A stretch of 61,822 nucleotides of DNA, counting the filler, from Globobulimina sp. (taxonomy: Eukaryota), in assembly GCA_003354225.1 (NCBI GenBank). It is 22 parts of 22 records of this genome, joined end to end, with 100 filler letters (N's around TTAATTAATTAA, not from the genome) between each part and the next. Parts side by side here need not be neighbours in the genome. Positions count along the whole stretch, not along the records: positions 50,673 to 53,385 come from PIVH01005233.1; positions 53,486 to 56,198 come from PIVH01005234.1; positions 56,299 to 59,010 come from PIVH01005235.1; positions 59,111 to 61,822 come from PIVH01005236.1; 18 more parts are not named here. One strand, given 5' to 3'. Each line of letters starts with the position of its first letter. Position 1 is the stretch's first letter. Positions 50,792 to 61,822 of the stretch are shown one piece after another. Made by a program: the position numbers and the translations under genes. Below the pieces are notes generated by a model. That model was not told the origin of the DNA, searched no databases, and saw only the letters and a program-made list of their open reading frames with translations.

Positions 50792-51091
50792 AAACAATGC
50801 GAATTATAATAAGTTCGTAACAAATGATGATGGCGGGACTGGTATTGCACAGACACCGGATCAAATACATTTTTATTCTCCGACACCAAAACCTTATAAG
50901 AAAGAGGAAAGAATTGTGAAAAAAAAGAGAGTGATAATGTTTAGGGGAATAATGTGACCAATTCCGTTTATGATACAATGTAGAAACGACAGTTTTTGTT
51001 TGTATATAATTTAAATAATGGAATTTATCTTTTATGATCATGTAATATCAAGGATATAAATTCCATTATTTAGGTAGTAGTGAGAGCATAT

Positions 51092-52655
51092 TCAGCCGGG
51101 ATCATAATCCGACTCCATGCTCACCGATTGCTTAAACATCCCGGTGAGGGTATTTATTTGATCAAACGTAACCCCATAGGGGAAACGGAATAGTTTATAC
51201 TTCGCATATTGTATTGAATTAAAGTTTATTATAATTCGATAGGAATTGAGAGGATGGGCCCTGCCAACATCTGCTAAGGTATCTGCTACTGCATTAAAGG
51301 GTTGCTGCTTTGGTGTGGTGTGGGATTTGACCTTCCAGAGTATGGCATTGATGGATTTGATGTAGGACTGTGTTTGTATGAACAATTCAGAATTAGTCAT
51401 TTTGGTGACATTCTTGGGTGTGGTTATCAAAGGCATATAGTTACAAAGGGAATCTGTGAAGATTAGGGTGCGTCGGTGTTGGGTATCAATTTCAAGATTT
51501 AAGAATGGCATATAGCTATCCAAAATGGTTGAAGCAATTGATATTATTATGGTCTTTAACAAATACACCTATTCCAGTTAGGTTGGTTTCGGGGTCATGA
51601 GACGAGTCAGTTGCAATTATGAGATCTGTATCTCTTATCTTATATTTGTAGTTGTGCCAATTTATTATGTTGTCGTTGCGGATGTGAAAAATCAGCAAGT
51701 TATTTGGAACAATGTTGTATTTGCTGCGAATGCCCTGGATTGTGGTTATGGAATGGTTTATGTTGTAAACATGATAGAGCCAACGGTGGGTTTGAGAAAT
51801 AAGATTACGTAATAATGAGAGATTTTTATGGTATTATAGTGATAGATGAATTGGTTGGTGTTGACATCATAGTAATTAGCACCACATACTATTCTCCAGA
51901 ATTGCGACCTGTTCACATTGACATTGGTGCAGAGTTCAATGAGTCTTTGCATATATATTTGATTGTGTATTTGGTCTATGGCAGCCCCATTTTTAGCAAA
52001 GGTGATATTGGCATAGTTCCAATATTCATGCCGTAGTGTGTTAAGGATGGGACATGTGACTGCTAAATGGATTTCAATTGGTTTGGCGGTGGGGGAGCAG
52101 CAGAGATTGCAGAAGTTAGTTTTTTGATTGAAATTATAGAAAAGCTCTCGATAATATGTTATCATTTTGTCGTTGACATAATGTGCCAATTCATTGTTTT
52201 CATAAATATTCATTGGTCTGTAATCACTGGTGATATGATTTAGGATTCTTAAGGGATGATATTTATTTAATTTGTTTACAATATGCGTATGTTGGTTGGT
52301 GACAATGATCGGACGTATTTGGAAGGGATGCTCAACAGTGTCGTATGGGTCTATTGTTACAGATCCATTCAGAGTTTGGTGTGTTCGGGTTGGTAGCCAT
52401 TTACTTTTAAGATCTATATACTGTTTATAGAGTTTGTAGTGGTGGATATGGGGAAGTTTAGGCCACCGGTGCATGTGTGAAATGTTACCACCTCTCAGAA
52501 GTTTATAATAAAATACAAGTTTCAATGATACCCAACGTTCGTAGGGCGTAGGAATGCCTGCCCATAAATAGAGTTGTTCCGGTACAAATTGTTTTATGTT
52601 GGTTTGTTTTTTGATTGTTTGTAATTGTTTTTCTGTGGCTTCTTTCAATTTGATT
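51092..52655 (-). mobile_element. Decayed non-LTR retrotransposon 3' part (CCHC knuckle followed by RNase H; L1-like order)
   Basis: LYLWAGIP, CNLC...IHLAVTCP, IATDSS..TGIGV, (E>stop)LYAIL, IFTDSL, WKVKSH..FNAVADTLA, ends YDPG*. Several frameshifts and stops. Confidence 0.75.
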
Positions 52656-52659
52656 TTAG

Positions 52660-53385
52660 TATACCATTTTATTCGCGCAAACTATGTATGATTGTTGGAA
52701 TAACCGGAGATTTTTTCGTGATACAGTCGCCATGCTGGCATGTCATATTAGCATTCCATTTATTCAGTTTATTAACAGGTTGCTGTGGCACCGATACGTT
52801 GAACCGAAATAAAAAATATCATATTGCTATCATTTGCTTTTTTGTTCCAGCATTGGTTATATTGCTCCCGTGTTTCATCGATGGCAGCGCTAACAATGCC
52901 TACGGTGTATTTGATAATTTGTCACATTCAGACGAGGAATGTTGGGTAAAATCAAAGCCATTCCAACTTGTATATGTAGTGTTTATTTTAGGTTCTTTAG
53001 TCATACATTATGTGGTTGTATTAGTTGCATTGTACAAATATTTCGCTGTTTATAGTGGATTGAGAGTCAGATATTGGATAATTGTGATCACTTTATTTAG
53101 ATTTGTATTTGTTAAGTTATGTTACGCACAGAATGCAAATACACCGCGATATATTGTATATATTCAGGTATTTAGCATCATCCGATTTTTTCCAGGATTG
53201 GAGAGAATCATGGAGTTAATTTACGATCATCCACCAGCAACATGGCTGATCATGGCACATCATATCGGAATATCTTCACTGGGCATTGGTGATGGTTTTG
53301 TGTGGTATTTAAATCAAAGGAGCAAACAATATGGGCATAGATCGGAGAATGAATCCATGAGTACTACATCAAAGGGATTGCGTCC
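52660..53385 (+). CDS. cAMP-receptor/GCR1/Git3-like GPCR, TM3-TM7 fragment; continues at 50792-50957 through the overlap
   Basis: LCMIVG..GDFF..S.CWH..LAFHLF, YG...ECWV, FSIIRFFP..ERI, SLGIGDGFVW. Probable in-frame intron 53111-53167. Confidence 0.75.
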
Positions 53386-53802
53386 NNNNNNNNNNNNNNN
53401 NNNNNNNNNNNNNNNNNNNNNNNNNNNNNTTAATTAATTAANNNNNNNNNNNNNNNNNNNNNNNNNNNNNNNNNNNNNNNNNNNNTATTGTGTTATGTTC
53501 GCGAGTCGATGCTTTTACTGCAGCTCTATCAAAACCTGGTAAATTGCCAAAAATACTCATTTTTACATCTGTTGGTAATAAGCTATAATTTGAGCTATGA
53601 GCATTCCACAACAATACCAAAAATACCAACAATACCATTTCAACTAATATTTGATTTTTTCCTTTTTATTTGTTGTGATGCGAAACGCCGTCAATAAATA
53701 AAATAAATAAATAAGTGCACGCATTGCCTGTGCAGCTGCTTTTTTTAATTTCGAATTTTTGTATAGGATTTTACAGTATATGTTTTTTTAAGTTTACAGA
53801 GA

Positions 53803-55625
53803 ATGACCATCATCATGGAAAGACAAAATAGCATTGATAGTATTGATGCTGGTGAAGTTCAAACAAAGTTAAGCTATGGCGGGGCTGTCGGAGGTGATCG
53901 AGACCGACATAATATAAGAACAAAACGGAGAAAGTCTAGAAACTTATATGATACAGATCGAGAGCGAGATAATATTTATCCTTATCCACTTGATCTAAAT
54001 GTATATGACGGAGTTATTCAGCTGAAAGCAATGAAAACAAAGCAACGATCAATACAGTATCGAAGAAATATGATTGTTATTGATGGCAATTTGTATTTTA
54101 ATGATGCATTGAAATCGAATCTGTTGTTACTAAATACAGCCAAAGATGTTAGATTAAGTGATAAAGTCAAGGAAAGATGCTCCAGCTCCACTAACTATGA
54201 TGTAAAGGAAATATCGGACACAGTCAGTAACAGTGTATGTATTACATTCTCTGTTTGCACATTTCACGAAAGAAACAATATTATATCGGAATTATGATAT
54301 TAAAGGTTAGCAAATCAAATACAAACAATGCATATCGAGAAAATGATTGTAAACAAAATGAAAACACAATGAGTGACAGTGATTTGCATGAGATCAATAT
54401 TGAAATTTATGAACAAGTTCAAGATGAAGACGAAAAGAAATCATTTGATGAGAAACGGAAGCTTGATTTTGATAATCTAATGGATGGATTTTTCACTGAC
54501 ACCGAAACTGAAGACGATGAATATTTTAATGATGCCGATTCAGATGAAAACAAAATGACATTGCAAGAATTGCTGACTCTGTTTCATATAAAATCCGATG
54601 GTGCTTTATATAAATATTACAACCAAACATTCAACATTCAATTTGCCAGTGATTTGCTTAATTATTTGCCAGCAGCCATCATTCAACCAAAACAATTCAA
54701 GTCTACCAAAATACGAATATCGCTGGCTAAGATCCGCAAATTTATAATGAAAAAAATAAAGAATGAAGAATGGGATGGCAGTCAAGCCAAAGAATGGGAG
54801 AAATTGGACACAAATTCATTCTCTTATATATTTGCTCAAACTTCGATTGTTCCCATTGCAAAGACAAGAGATATTCCATTGAATTATACCAAATCATCAT
54901 CTATATATTTTGAGGCAAATAGCACTGAAAATAAATCAAACAAATTGGAAATGAGTGGTGAGGGAATCTCATTTGTTGACAAAACAATTGATTCCAAAAC
55001 AAATTTTACTGCAAATATAACAATTGAACAGTTGCCAGAAAAACTAGATTCGATGGTTGTTGGTCTTGCTTTTTATGATAACAATGCTGAAAAATATGAT
55101 ACAATTTCCATCTCAGATCGATGTACAATATGTAAGAACGATGATTATTTAACGACATTATCGTTGAGTAATTATTTATGCCTCGACAATCAATCGGAAA
55201 TAATTATAAATATTAATAATAATATTATTAATTTCCAACATTGGAGAAACGGGAAACTCTGCAAAAACAATGAAAAAGAAATTAGTGTTGATGACAAAAA
55301 TGGAAAATCTTACAATTTTGTCAAGATATTCATTCAGCAATTTCGCGGGAAAGGGATTTATTGCATTTACGAGATTTTGGCAAACAATGCAGGCAGTGAT
55401 GATATATTGAAACAGAAACAGAAGAAAAGGAAAAAGAAGAAACCCAAAAAGAAGAAACGAAAAAAAAAGAATTTTCCTTCACTGCCAACAGTTACAAAGA
55501 AAGAGTTGCTCCGGCTATCAAAACCGAAATTGGTGCGAGAATGTAAGAAATACAAAGTTTCGGCCATTGGCAGTAAGGGTGATATGGCGGATAGGATATT
55601 AAAAGTAAATCAGGTCAATAAATAA
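53803..55625 (+). CDS. Multi-domain protein with C-terminal SAP-like domain, 2 exons
   Basis: Intron 54235-54305 joins two ORFs in frame. Acidic tract, beta-rich SPRY-like region, poly-K NLS, LLRLSKPKLVRECKKYKVSAIGSKGDMADRIL (SAP pattern). Confidence 0.6.
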
Positions 55626-56605
55626 TCGAATGAACAGCAACATGTTGAATCAAATAATGTATATAATGTACAATGTATTTCTGATTTTCTTCTGACTTTT
55701 TTGTCATGTTTTTTGCTGTAACATGATAGGTTTATATATTAACATATAAACTATTTAGTTATATTTTTTTCTCATTGTTTTATTTGTATCATCTTGTTCA
55801 ATGTTTTGACTTATCCAGGTTTTTTTGACTTAATTAAGCTGCACAATCTGTCAATTGATTTCTAGTGTTTTGAGGAAGAGGACAATCTGTCAGTTGATTT
55901 TTGGTTGAAACAAACGGCAATATAAGATATCCTAGAAATGTTAGCTATTGAACTAGAAATTGAAAACATTTTAAAGATCAAAACATGGCAACTTTCATGT
56001 TACAATTAAAGCCACCCAAATTGTGCAACAGATTAATAAACACTCATTTATATCAACTTTCAACCTCATCAGAATTCCGCAGAATGTTTAACAAAACAGA
56101 TTTTTGTGATTACGACGAATTTTATTCAACATTCAAATGGAAGAAATAAAGAGTAAACTTAATAAGAAAAAAGAGGAGATCAAGGAACTCGATAAGGCNN
56201 NNNNNNNNNNNNNNNNNNNNNNNNNNNNNNNNNNNNNNNNNNTTAATTAATTAANNNNNNNNNNNNNNNNNNNNNNNNNNNNNNNNNNNNNNNNNNNNAA
56301 GCAGCAAAGCACGTCGCCGGATGTCATGTTTATTAATAACAAGACAAAAATGGAAGATTGGAAGTATTGGACAGAGGATTTTAGACATTGGGAGTCAAAC
56401 AAATATTATTCAGATCATTTAGTAATGTTTGCATTTTATAGTAAGGGCGAATTGTATGAAAAAGAGTTACCAGAATTTGCGATTAAAACAGGTACGGATA
56501 GAAATTGGGAAAAATGGAGAATTGAATTAGCGGACAGCGTCGATGAATGGTATGATATTTATGGAAAGAATCTGAATGATTTGATATCGCTTTATTTGAA
56601 CTCAT

Positions 56606-57937
56606 ATGGCAATGGAAATTGTGAACAACTATTTTGCATATTTGTTGCTTTACTGTTTTGTTTGGAGATTTTATATGTTATGGTATAATATCAAATGGAT
56701 GAAGAATATCATAAATACGCAATGGAAATTGATTATAAATGCATGTTATCAAAATAAGAAATCTGATCACTGCTTTCTTGAAAATAAAGCAAAATTTGGA
56801 AGTTATGAATGGATGAAATATAAAGTATTTGCAACGGCCATATTATCAGCAACGATAACTAATATCGGTGGTTTATGGAACAGCTATAATAATTCCGACG
56901 AACTCAGTGAATTCTACACCGTTGAGCTCCTAACCATTACTTTATGGCTCATTCCATTCATTTTATTGATTCTCATTTATTATAAAATGTACCAATCTAA
57001 ATTTGAAGACAATTTTTATATTATGGATGAACTGAGATATATTTTTATTACATTCTGTATCCATGGCATGAGTTGGAATGGATATTATGTCATAATTATT
57101 GCAATCAAACCCTCGCTATTTATTATTGAAATAGTCACTTTCATTGTAACTTTTTGTATTGTGACTGCAGAGTTTGCTGCCATAATAATTTCAACATGTT
57201 ATGTATTGAAGAAAGTTAAATTGATTATCAATCAGCATCGATATAAAAGTCATTATTTATCCGCAGATGCAATGAGTACTGGAGAGAAACATGAATTGCT
57301 TCAAATCATCCCACCAACAATGCATTTAAATATTAATACTCAACAAAATTGGACATTAGTTTCAGTATTGTCGCATTTTGAAGCCTTTCAATGTTTCATT
57401 CAACACTTATCGAGAGAATGTATGTATATATTAATTACATTTTATGTTCAACTGTTTGGTTAAACTGTAGTTTCGATTGAATGTCTCCTGTCTTTTGTGG
57501 AGTTTATTCAATTTGAAGAATATATTTTGGAGCATGTTGATTTGAAATTGGTTGATATTGAGAAAGAAAATATGTGTTGTGCTGCTGTCACATTTTCGGA
57601 ATATATTCCAAAATCGAAAATTGTTTATGGTGAAAATATAAATATTATGAATAAGGATATTGATGCATTGCATTGTTGCCATACAATTTATGAGAAACTT
57701 TATGCGAAATATATTGCGATTTCTGCTGAATATGAAATCAATATATCAGCTCATTTGAGACAAAAGTTTGATGCGATGATGGAAAATGATGTTATGTTTA
57801 CAGTGAATGCTTTATTGGAAATTATCGATAAATGTTGCAAAACACAAATAAGTTTAATGAACGCATCATTCTCCAGATTTACATCAAGTGCAGAGTTTCA
57901 CAAATTGGAAAAGTTCATCTTTGTACAAAAACGTTAA
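56606..57937 (+). CDS. Transmembrane-RGS (7TM-RGS) protein, N-terminus missing
   Basis: TM segments with WRFYMLWY and DNFYIMDEL. RGS box FIQHLSRE|FSIECLLSFVEF (intron 57420-57470), LYAKYI...EYEINIS, LMNASFSRF. Confidence 0.85.
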
Positions 57938-58081
57938 TGAACAGTTTATAATATAATTTTATTCTTTTATATCTACGATCGCGATTCCTTCGCATTACAC
58001 CTCATATAATTTTAGGAGTTTTGCAATTAAGGGTTTCATTATAAAGCTATAGCTAGCTTTTCCTTGACTGAGTTGACAATC

Positions 58082-59010
58082 ATGATGTCTTCAGTTCAAT
58101 CTTCATCTTCGCTCTCCCTCATATTATTCTATTGCGTAACAATTTCAGCTGCATTTGCAAAAAGGACCCTTCTTCAAGCAACGTCGTACAGAACAATCAC
58201 TGGTACATGGTATGATAACTACCAATTAGCGCCACCAAACAATCTCGGATGGGAAGTTAAAAACGCAAACGGTAATAATGTTGAAATACTTACAGCCAAC
58301 TCATATAGTTCATATTCCCACGGTCCATTTACTGGAGATTTTGACTTTTCCAGTGAAAAATATTACATTACGCAGCAGTTTAAATGTAATGTTGGCTCTA
58401 CAGTAAGCATAGCATATTTTGTTACTTTTTGCAATACTGACCAATATGACTACGTCCGTTTATACCTAAATGATGAATTAGCAACCACCACGACCATGAG
58501 CTCTGGCACTGGCACTGAATATTCTGAACCTGCATTAGCAACGGCAACCAAGTGCAGTCCATGGGAATATTATTATATTGATTCAAATTATATACCCTAT
58601 GTATCAGCAAATACATTATGGAAAGTACACTTTGAAATTGGTGTAAATTGGAGGAGTGATTTTGTTGCTATCACTGGCATCGCATTAACGTGTACACCGC
58701 AGCCCACTCCATCACCGACACCGGCACCAACGACTGCAAACCCATCCCAATCACCAACACGTACACCTACATTCAATCCAACACCATATCCAACACCATC
58801 GCCTACTATAAATCCAACGCGGTCACCAACAAATAACCCCACACCCTATCCAACAATGCAACCAACTCGATCACCAACAAATATTCCCACATACAATCCA
58901 TCAAAAATGCCCACCACCTCACCTTCTAACCTTCCCACTATGAGCACCAATATGCCATCCAAAGCCCCTACAAATGCACCGACATTTTCGCCAACCAGAG
59001 CTGAAGGGTC
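58082..59010 (+). CDS. Secreted/surface protein with PT-repeat stalk, 3'-truncated
   Basis: Signal peptide, beta-rich domain with HGPF, many PTxx repeats from about 58695. Confidence 0.75.
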
Positions 59011-59637
59011 NNNNNNNNNNNNNNNNNNNNNNNNNNNNNNNNNNNNNNNNNNNNTTAATTAATTAANNNNNNNNNNNNNNNNNNNNNNNNNNNNNNNNNN
59101 NNNNNNNNNNTTGCCACCAAATTATTTATTCAAATATCATTTTTTTCTTATTATATGCGTGTTAAATTCTTTCGAAAAAGGATTTACGACCTTTTTACAA
59201 GTTAGGACCACTTATCGAACTGATTGGAAAAAAGGGCTGTTTGAAAAGTTTTTGAAAAAATCAGTACTTATCGGACACCCTAATGATGCATCACTTGCAA
59301 ATCATCCATTGTTTTTGATGCTTAGAAAGAAAGGTTTTCGACTTTAAGCTTAATGTCCTCATCGTTTCGTGTTTGGTTTATGGATTTATTACTTTAGTGA
59401 ATTATTATGAATGGATTGGATGGATAAACTCAATCGAGAAAGCAGAAAGCATATATTATTTTACATATTATGATAATACCAAAATTACTGTATGGTAATC
59501 TTTTGGAATAAAAATATTTGTTTACATTTTCTCTGCAAGCAAACGTGTCCCCACCCCGGACCACCTCGATCAAAAACTGTGTTTTCGGAAAGACGTTTCT
59601 TGTCTAGAACAATTATTTTGCTGCTACTTCAACCTCT

Positions 59638-61058
59638 GGTACTTCAATCTCTGTGATGAGGATATTAGAACGGCTTTTGATTTTGATGAAGATCTCATTG
59701 TTATTTTGGACATAATGTGTTTGAACTCAGTAACTGCGAAGTTCAGCACGAAAATAAAGAAATACCATAAGGTAGTTATTGTGTAGTTGATGCTGCTGTT
59801 TGTAACTAGGTAAGAATTTCTTTATTTTTTTGTTATATTTACCTTTTTTCCAATCACATATATAAACGACTTTATATCGCAATGATTTATTTATGGTAAA
59901 ATGGCGGTAAAAACATTGTGAAACTTTCCAATCCATGAATTATTATCATATCAAATTTATTTAATTCTTAGTTTACTATTTGGTCTGGTATTCGTGCTCA
60001 ACTTTCGCAGTTACTGAGTTCAATTCAAACACATTGGTATAATCAGCAGTTTGGAGAAACGTTTTTAAAAAAGGCAATTTAAAATAGTTTTAGACTAATT
60101 CGAGGGCGCTTCATTCAATGGTGATGTTTATTTAACAATCTTTAACTCCGATATCAGACCAAGCATAGTCCAATGTTAAGCCCGCCGCATTCTCCATTTG
60201 TTTTCTGTGCAGCAGTGCAACGAGTCCATAGTAGTTATTTTCGCAATACCGGCAAAGCCCAGTAAAGCATTATATATATAGTTTTTTGCTAAAATAACTT
60301 CACTGTGCGAATTTATTCTAAATTTTTTATTGTAGCTCGATTCAATGTGACAATAATTTTGTGTTTGTTGTGATATTATTTAAGATATAAAATCAGTTAA
60401 AAAGCTATTTCGTTGATCTATATTTCAATTCTTTTATCATTGTATTATTTGTATTATTGTATACATTATGTTATCTATAATTAAGCCATTAATTCCACCT
60501 CAAATCAAGCATAACCACATCAAATATTGTCGTAAAGGATTATTATTTATCATTTGATTTCAAAAATTGTTGATTTAAGTTGATTTGGCATGTTTTATTC
60601 ACTCATTCATGCGATACGAAATCATTGCCATTATTTATCTATAAATTCGGATATAATGCTTTACTGTGCTTTGCTGGTATTGCGAAAATAACTACTATGG
60701 ACTCGTTGCACTGCTGCACAAAAAACAAATGGAGCAAATGTACAAGTTTCATATGGAAATTGTGTGATTTTTTATGGAGAATGCGGCGGGCTAACATTGG
60801 ACTATGTTTGGGCGGATATCGGAGTTAAAGATTGTTTTCAAGAAAAGGATTTTTTTTTTGACTATGAAAAAATCTTACTATCATAAGCAAAGTAGTGAGA
60901 TAAATTGTTAAATAAACATCACCATTGAATCAAGCGCACTCGAATTAGTCTAAAACTATTTGACAATACCACAAACACATTATGTCCAAAGTAACAACGA
61001 GATCGTCATGCAAATCAAAAAGCAGTTGTAATATCCTCGTCATAGAGGTTGAAGTACC
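59638..61058. repeat. Nested long inverted repeat (fold-back/MITE-like)
   Basis: 59638-59723 pairs with ~60972-61058; 60082-60275 pairs with 60651-60961; inner pair ~59715-59752 with ~59991-60034. Confidence 0.85.
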
Positions 61059-61346
61059 CGATTCTTCAATACACTAAGCCAAGCCAAGCCAAGCTAAGGT
61101 GAGATAAGAAATTATTATAGCACCATGAAATATATTTTTTTATTTCTAATTTTCTTTTTTAATGGAAAATGTGATAGTGATAGTGCATAGAGCTCGAATT
61201 TTTGATCTTTGATATTTTATCCCCTGCACTCGTGCACAGTTTGGGAAATTTAAAACAATCAAATGAAAATTGATGAAATTATGAGAGTCAAATTGTCAAA
61301 AAAAAAATATAAACATTTATGCAATTATCCTATGATTATCCTATGA

Positions 61347-61822
61347 TTATCCATGAGGAAATCCAGCCAGTATTCTATGTGGAACCCAATAAGATTCTGC
61401 GGCATTATGCCACCATCCACTTCGTTGAAATTGTTTTGTTATATAATTTGGTTGATTATCAAATGGATAATTTTCAAATGGATCATAAACGTGCCAGAAA
61501 CCGGGGGCAAATTTGGGCCGCGATGGCGTCCATTCAGGCGTTGCCACCGGATATCCATAAATATATTGCCGCGACACCACCTCACCGATACAGAAGAAGG
61601 CCACAACCTGTAATTTAAAAACAGTGCGAATATGCGACATATATCATATATAAAGACAAGACATACATTTAATAGCCATAACGAAGTGTGCTGCATATCT
61701 CGGCCGGTCCAGGTCATTGGCTCACACATCCTTTCTTTAATAAATGCCCATTCCACTTTGGCAGCTCTGTTGATGGCCTTTCTGCCATAAAACCGTCTCA
61801 CCCAATATTCAAATCGCGCCAT
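61347..61822 (-). CDS. ATP5MG: Mitochondrial ATP synthase subunit g homolog, 2 exons
   Basis: Phase-0 intron 61608-61666 gives TGRDMQHTSLWLLN|VVAFFCIGEVVSRQYIYGYPV, matching the subunit g signature F..GE..GR....GY.V. The N-terminus may extend beyond the window. Confidence 0.7.

Noticed and set aside
58695..59000. Periodic CCAAC/CCATC repeats as a DNA repeat array
   Set aside because: They encode the PTxx stalk of a surface protein.

Overview
This is not one locus. It is 22 unrelated contigs of 2712-2717 bp, sorted by decreasing length and joined by an artificial 100-nt spacer (N44-TTAATTAATTAA-N44), so nothing across a spacer is synteny. Almost all contigs are AT-rich nuclear DNA of a gene-dense protist with short spliceosomal introns (mostly 50-95 nt). 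The gene set (7TM-RGS, cAMP-receptor-like GPCR, PPR, SPRY, Kelch, P/T-stalk surface proteins, Arf1 with an insertion) suggests a rhizarian, probably a foraminiferan; this is inference. Confident calls: Arf1, USP deubiquitinase, ENTH protein, GT31 glycosyltransferase, MFS/DMT/SLC10 transporters, sulfatase, IFI6/IFI27-like protein, PPR protein, C45 Ntn-hydrolase homolog, ATP synthase subunit g, Ty3/Gypsy pol, a decayed non-LTR RNase H, and a GC-rich bacterial FAD-oxidase fragment fused to a eukaryotic contig. Most notable: (1) a self-overlapping 2.6-kb contig joining an intron-containing GPCR half-gene, a 17-bp hairpin and a non-LTR 3' end; (2) an intron-split Mutator-like DDE transposase whose three introns share one minisatellite; (3) a nested ~1.4-kb fold-back repeat; (4) unusual protein variants (IFI27-SAM fusion, Cys-less C45, extended subunit g, FRAS1/FREM-like C-terminus). 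All family calls are by motif recognition only; no searches were run.
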